32,000 bases of DNA from an uncultured Verrucomicrobiae bacterium (lineage in GTDB: Bacteria; Verrucomicrobiota; Verrucomicrobiia; Chthoniobacterales; UBA10450): contig CAWFFA010000021.1 in NCBI GenBank assembly GCA_963814965.1, positions 15,793 through 47,792 on the forward strand. Direction: 5' to 3'. The notes under the pieces were generated by a model. The model was not told the DNA's origin. It did not search any database and saw nothing but the letters and a program-made list of their open reading frames with translations. Shown here piece after piece: positions 31,403 through 32,000 of the stretch. Each line of letters starts with the position of its first letter. Position 1 is the stretch's first letter. Made by a program: the position numbers and the translations under genes.

Positions 31403-32000
31403 CTATTCTGGATGAACTCCGGGAGACTTGTCACCACGCTCGTGCTCGCTGCCGGGCGTGGGCTCGACGTCGGACGATTTTCGGCGTGCCGGATGCGGAC
31501 GTTCATCGTCGACGTTTATGTTGCGGTTGCGCGGGAGGCTTTCTGGATAGTTGCGGACAAGAAATTGGATCAACCCTTCACGGACGTCGCAACGGAGGTC
31601 GCCGAGTTTGCCGGGATCGGTTCCGCTCATCAGCGCGCGCACTTCGATCACGTGTTCTTTAGTGTCGGTGACTTGAAGGCCACAGACTTTCCTGTCCCAC
31701 TTCGGATGATTTTCGACGAGGCGTTTCAATTCTTTGCGCAGCTCGGCCATTGGCACCTGATAATCGAGATAGAGAATCACCGTCCCGAGCAGGTCGGTCG
31801 AAACCCGGCTCCAATTCTGGAACGGTTTCTCGACAAAATAAGTGATCGGCAAAATCAACCGTCGCAGGTCCCACGTCCGCACCGTGACGTAGGTCAGCGT
31901 GATCTCTTCGATCTGGCCGAACTCGCCTTCCACCATCACGATGTCGTCGATCAACAGCGGTTGGGTGAGGGCGATCTGAATTCCAGCGAGCACATTGCCG
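31403..32000 (-). CDS. MscS-family mechanosensitive channel; only the C-terminal part is in the window
   Basis: The sequence NVLAGIQIALTQPLLIDDIVMVEGEFGQIEEITLTYVTVRTWDLRRLILP matches the conserved TM3/beta-domain junction of MscS. The frame stays open to the window end. Confidence 0.85.
   Translation of the reverse strand, partial: GNVLAGIQIALTQPLLIDDIVMVEGEFGQIEEITLTYVTVRTWDLRRLILPITYFVEKPFQNWSRVSTDLLGTVILYLDYQVPMAELRKELKRLVENHPKWDRKVCGLQVTDTKEHVIEVRALMSGTDPGKLGDLRCDVREGLIQFLVRNYPESLPRNRNINVDDERPHPARRKSSDVEPTPGSEHERGDKSPGVHPE

Overview
This is a 32-kb chromosomal window that appears to come from a Verrucomicrobiota-type genome. The minus-strand 16S rRNA gene contains the exact EUB338-III probe target, GCTGCCACCCGTAGGTGT. 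I call about 38 protein genes, mostly envelope, membrane and housekeeping functions. They include an ECF sigma/anti-sigma pair, an L,D-transpeptidase, a KirBac-type K+ channel, DUF885, DUF72, an M48 protease, YggS, a type I mannose-6-phosphate isomerase, a Zn-ADH, an ICL/PEP-mutase family enzyme, HdeD and MscS. Four things stand out. (1) Six translationally coupled membrane-lipid genes (12839-17944) look like a self-contained, uncharacterised phospholipid head-group or remodelling pathway: a non-canonical CDP-alcohol phosphatidyltransferase, a CdsA-like protein, a PlsC-like acyltransferase, a fused alpha/beta-hydrolase + SAM methyltransferase, a PAP2-type protein and a 3-TM protein. (2) The 16S rRNA gene is unlinked. 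It has its own flanking processing stem and an intrinsic terminator. It is followed by an orphan tRNA-Ala then tRNA-Ile pair, in reversed order, and there is no 23S or 5S gene anywhere in the window. (3) There are two diverged REP-associated tyrosine transposase (RAYT) genes, each bracketed by its own inverted GTAG-hairpin REPs. One of them carries an in-frame TAG. There are also orphan REPs and two 137-bp REPIN-like doublets. (4) Intergenic DNA is packed with 7- or 8-nt micro-tandem word arrays, often as inverted arms next to start or stop codons. Two genes look frameshifted (a di-haem cytochrome c and a small exported protein). All family assignments come from motif recognition by eye; no searches were run.
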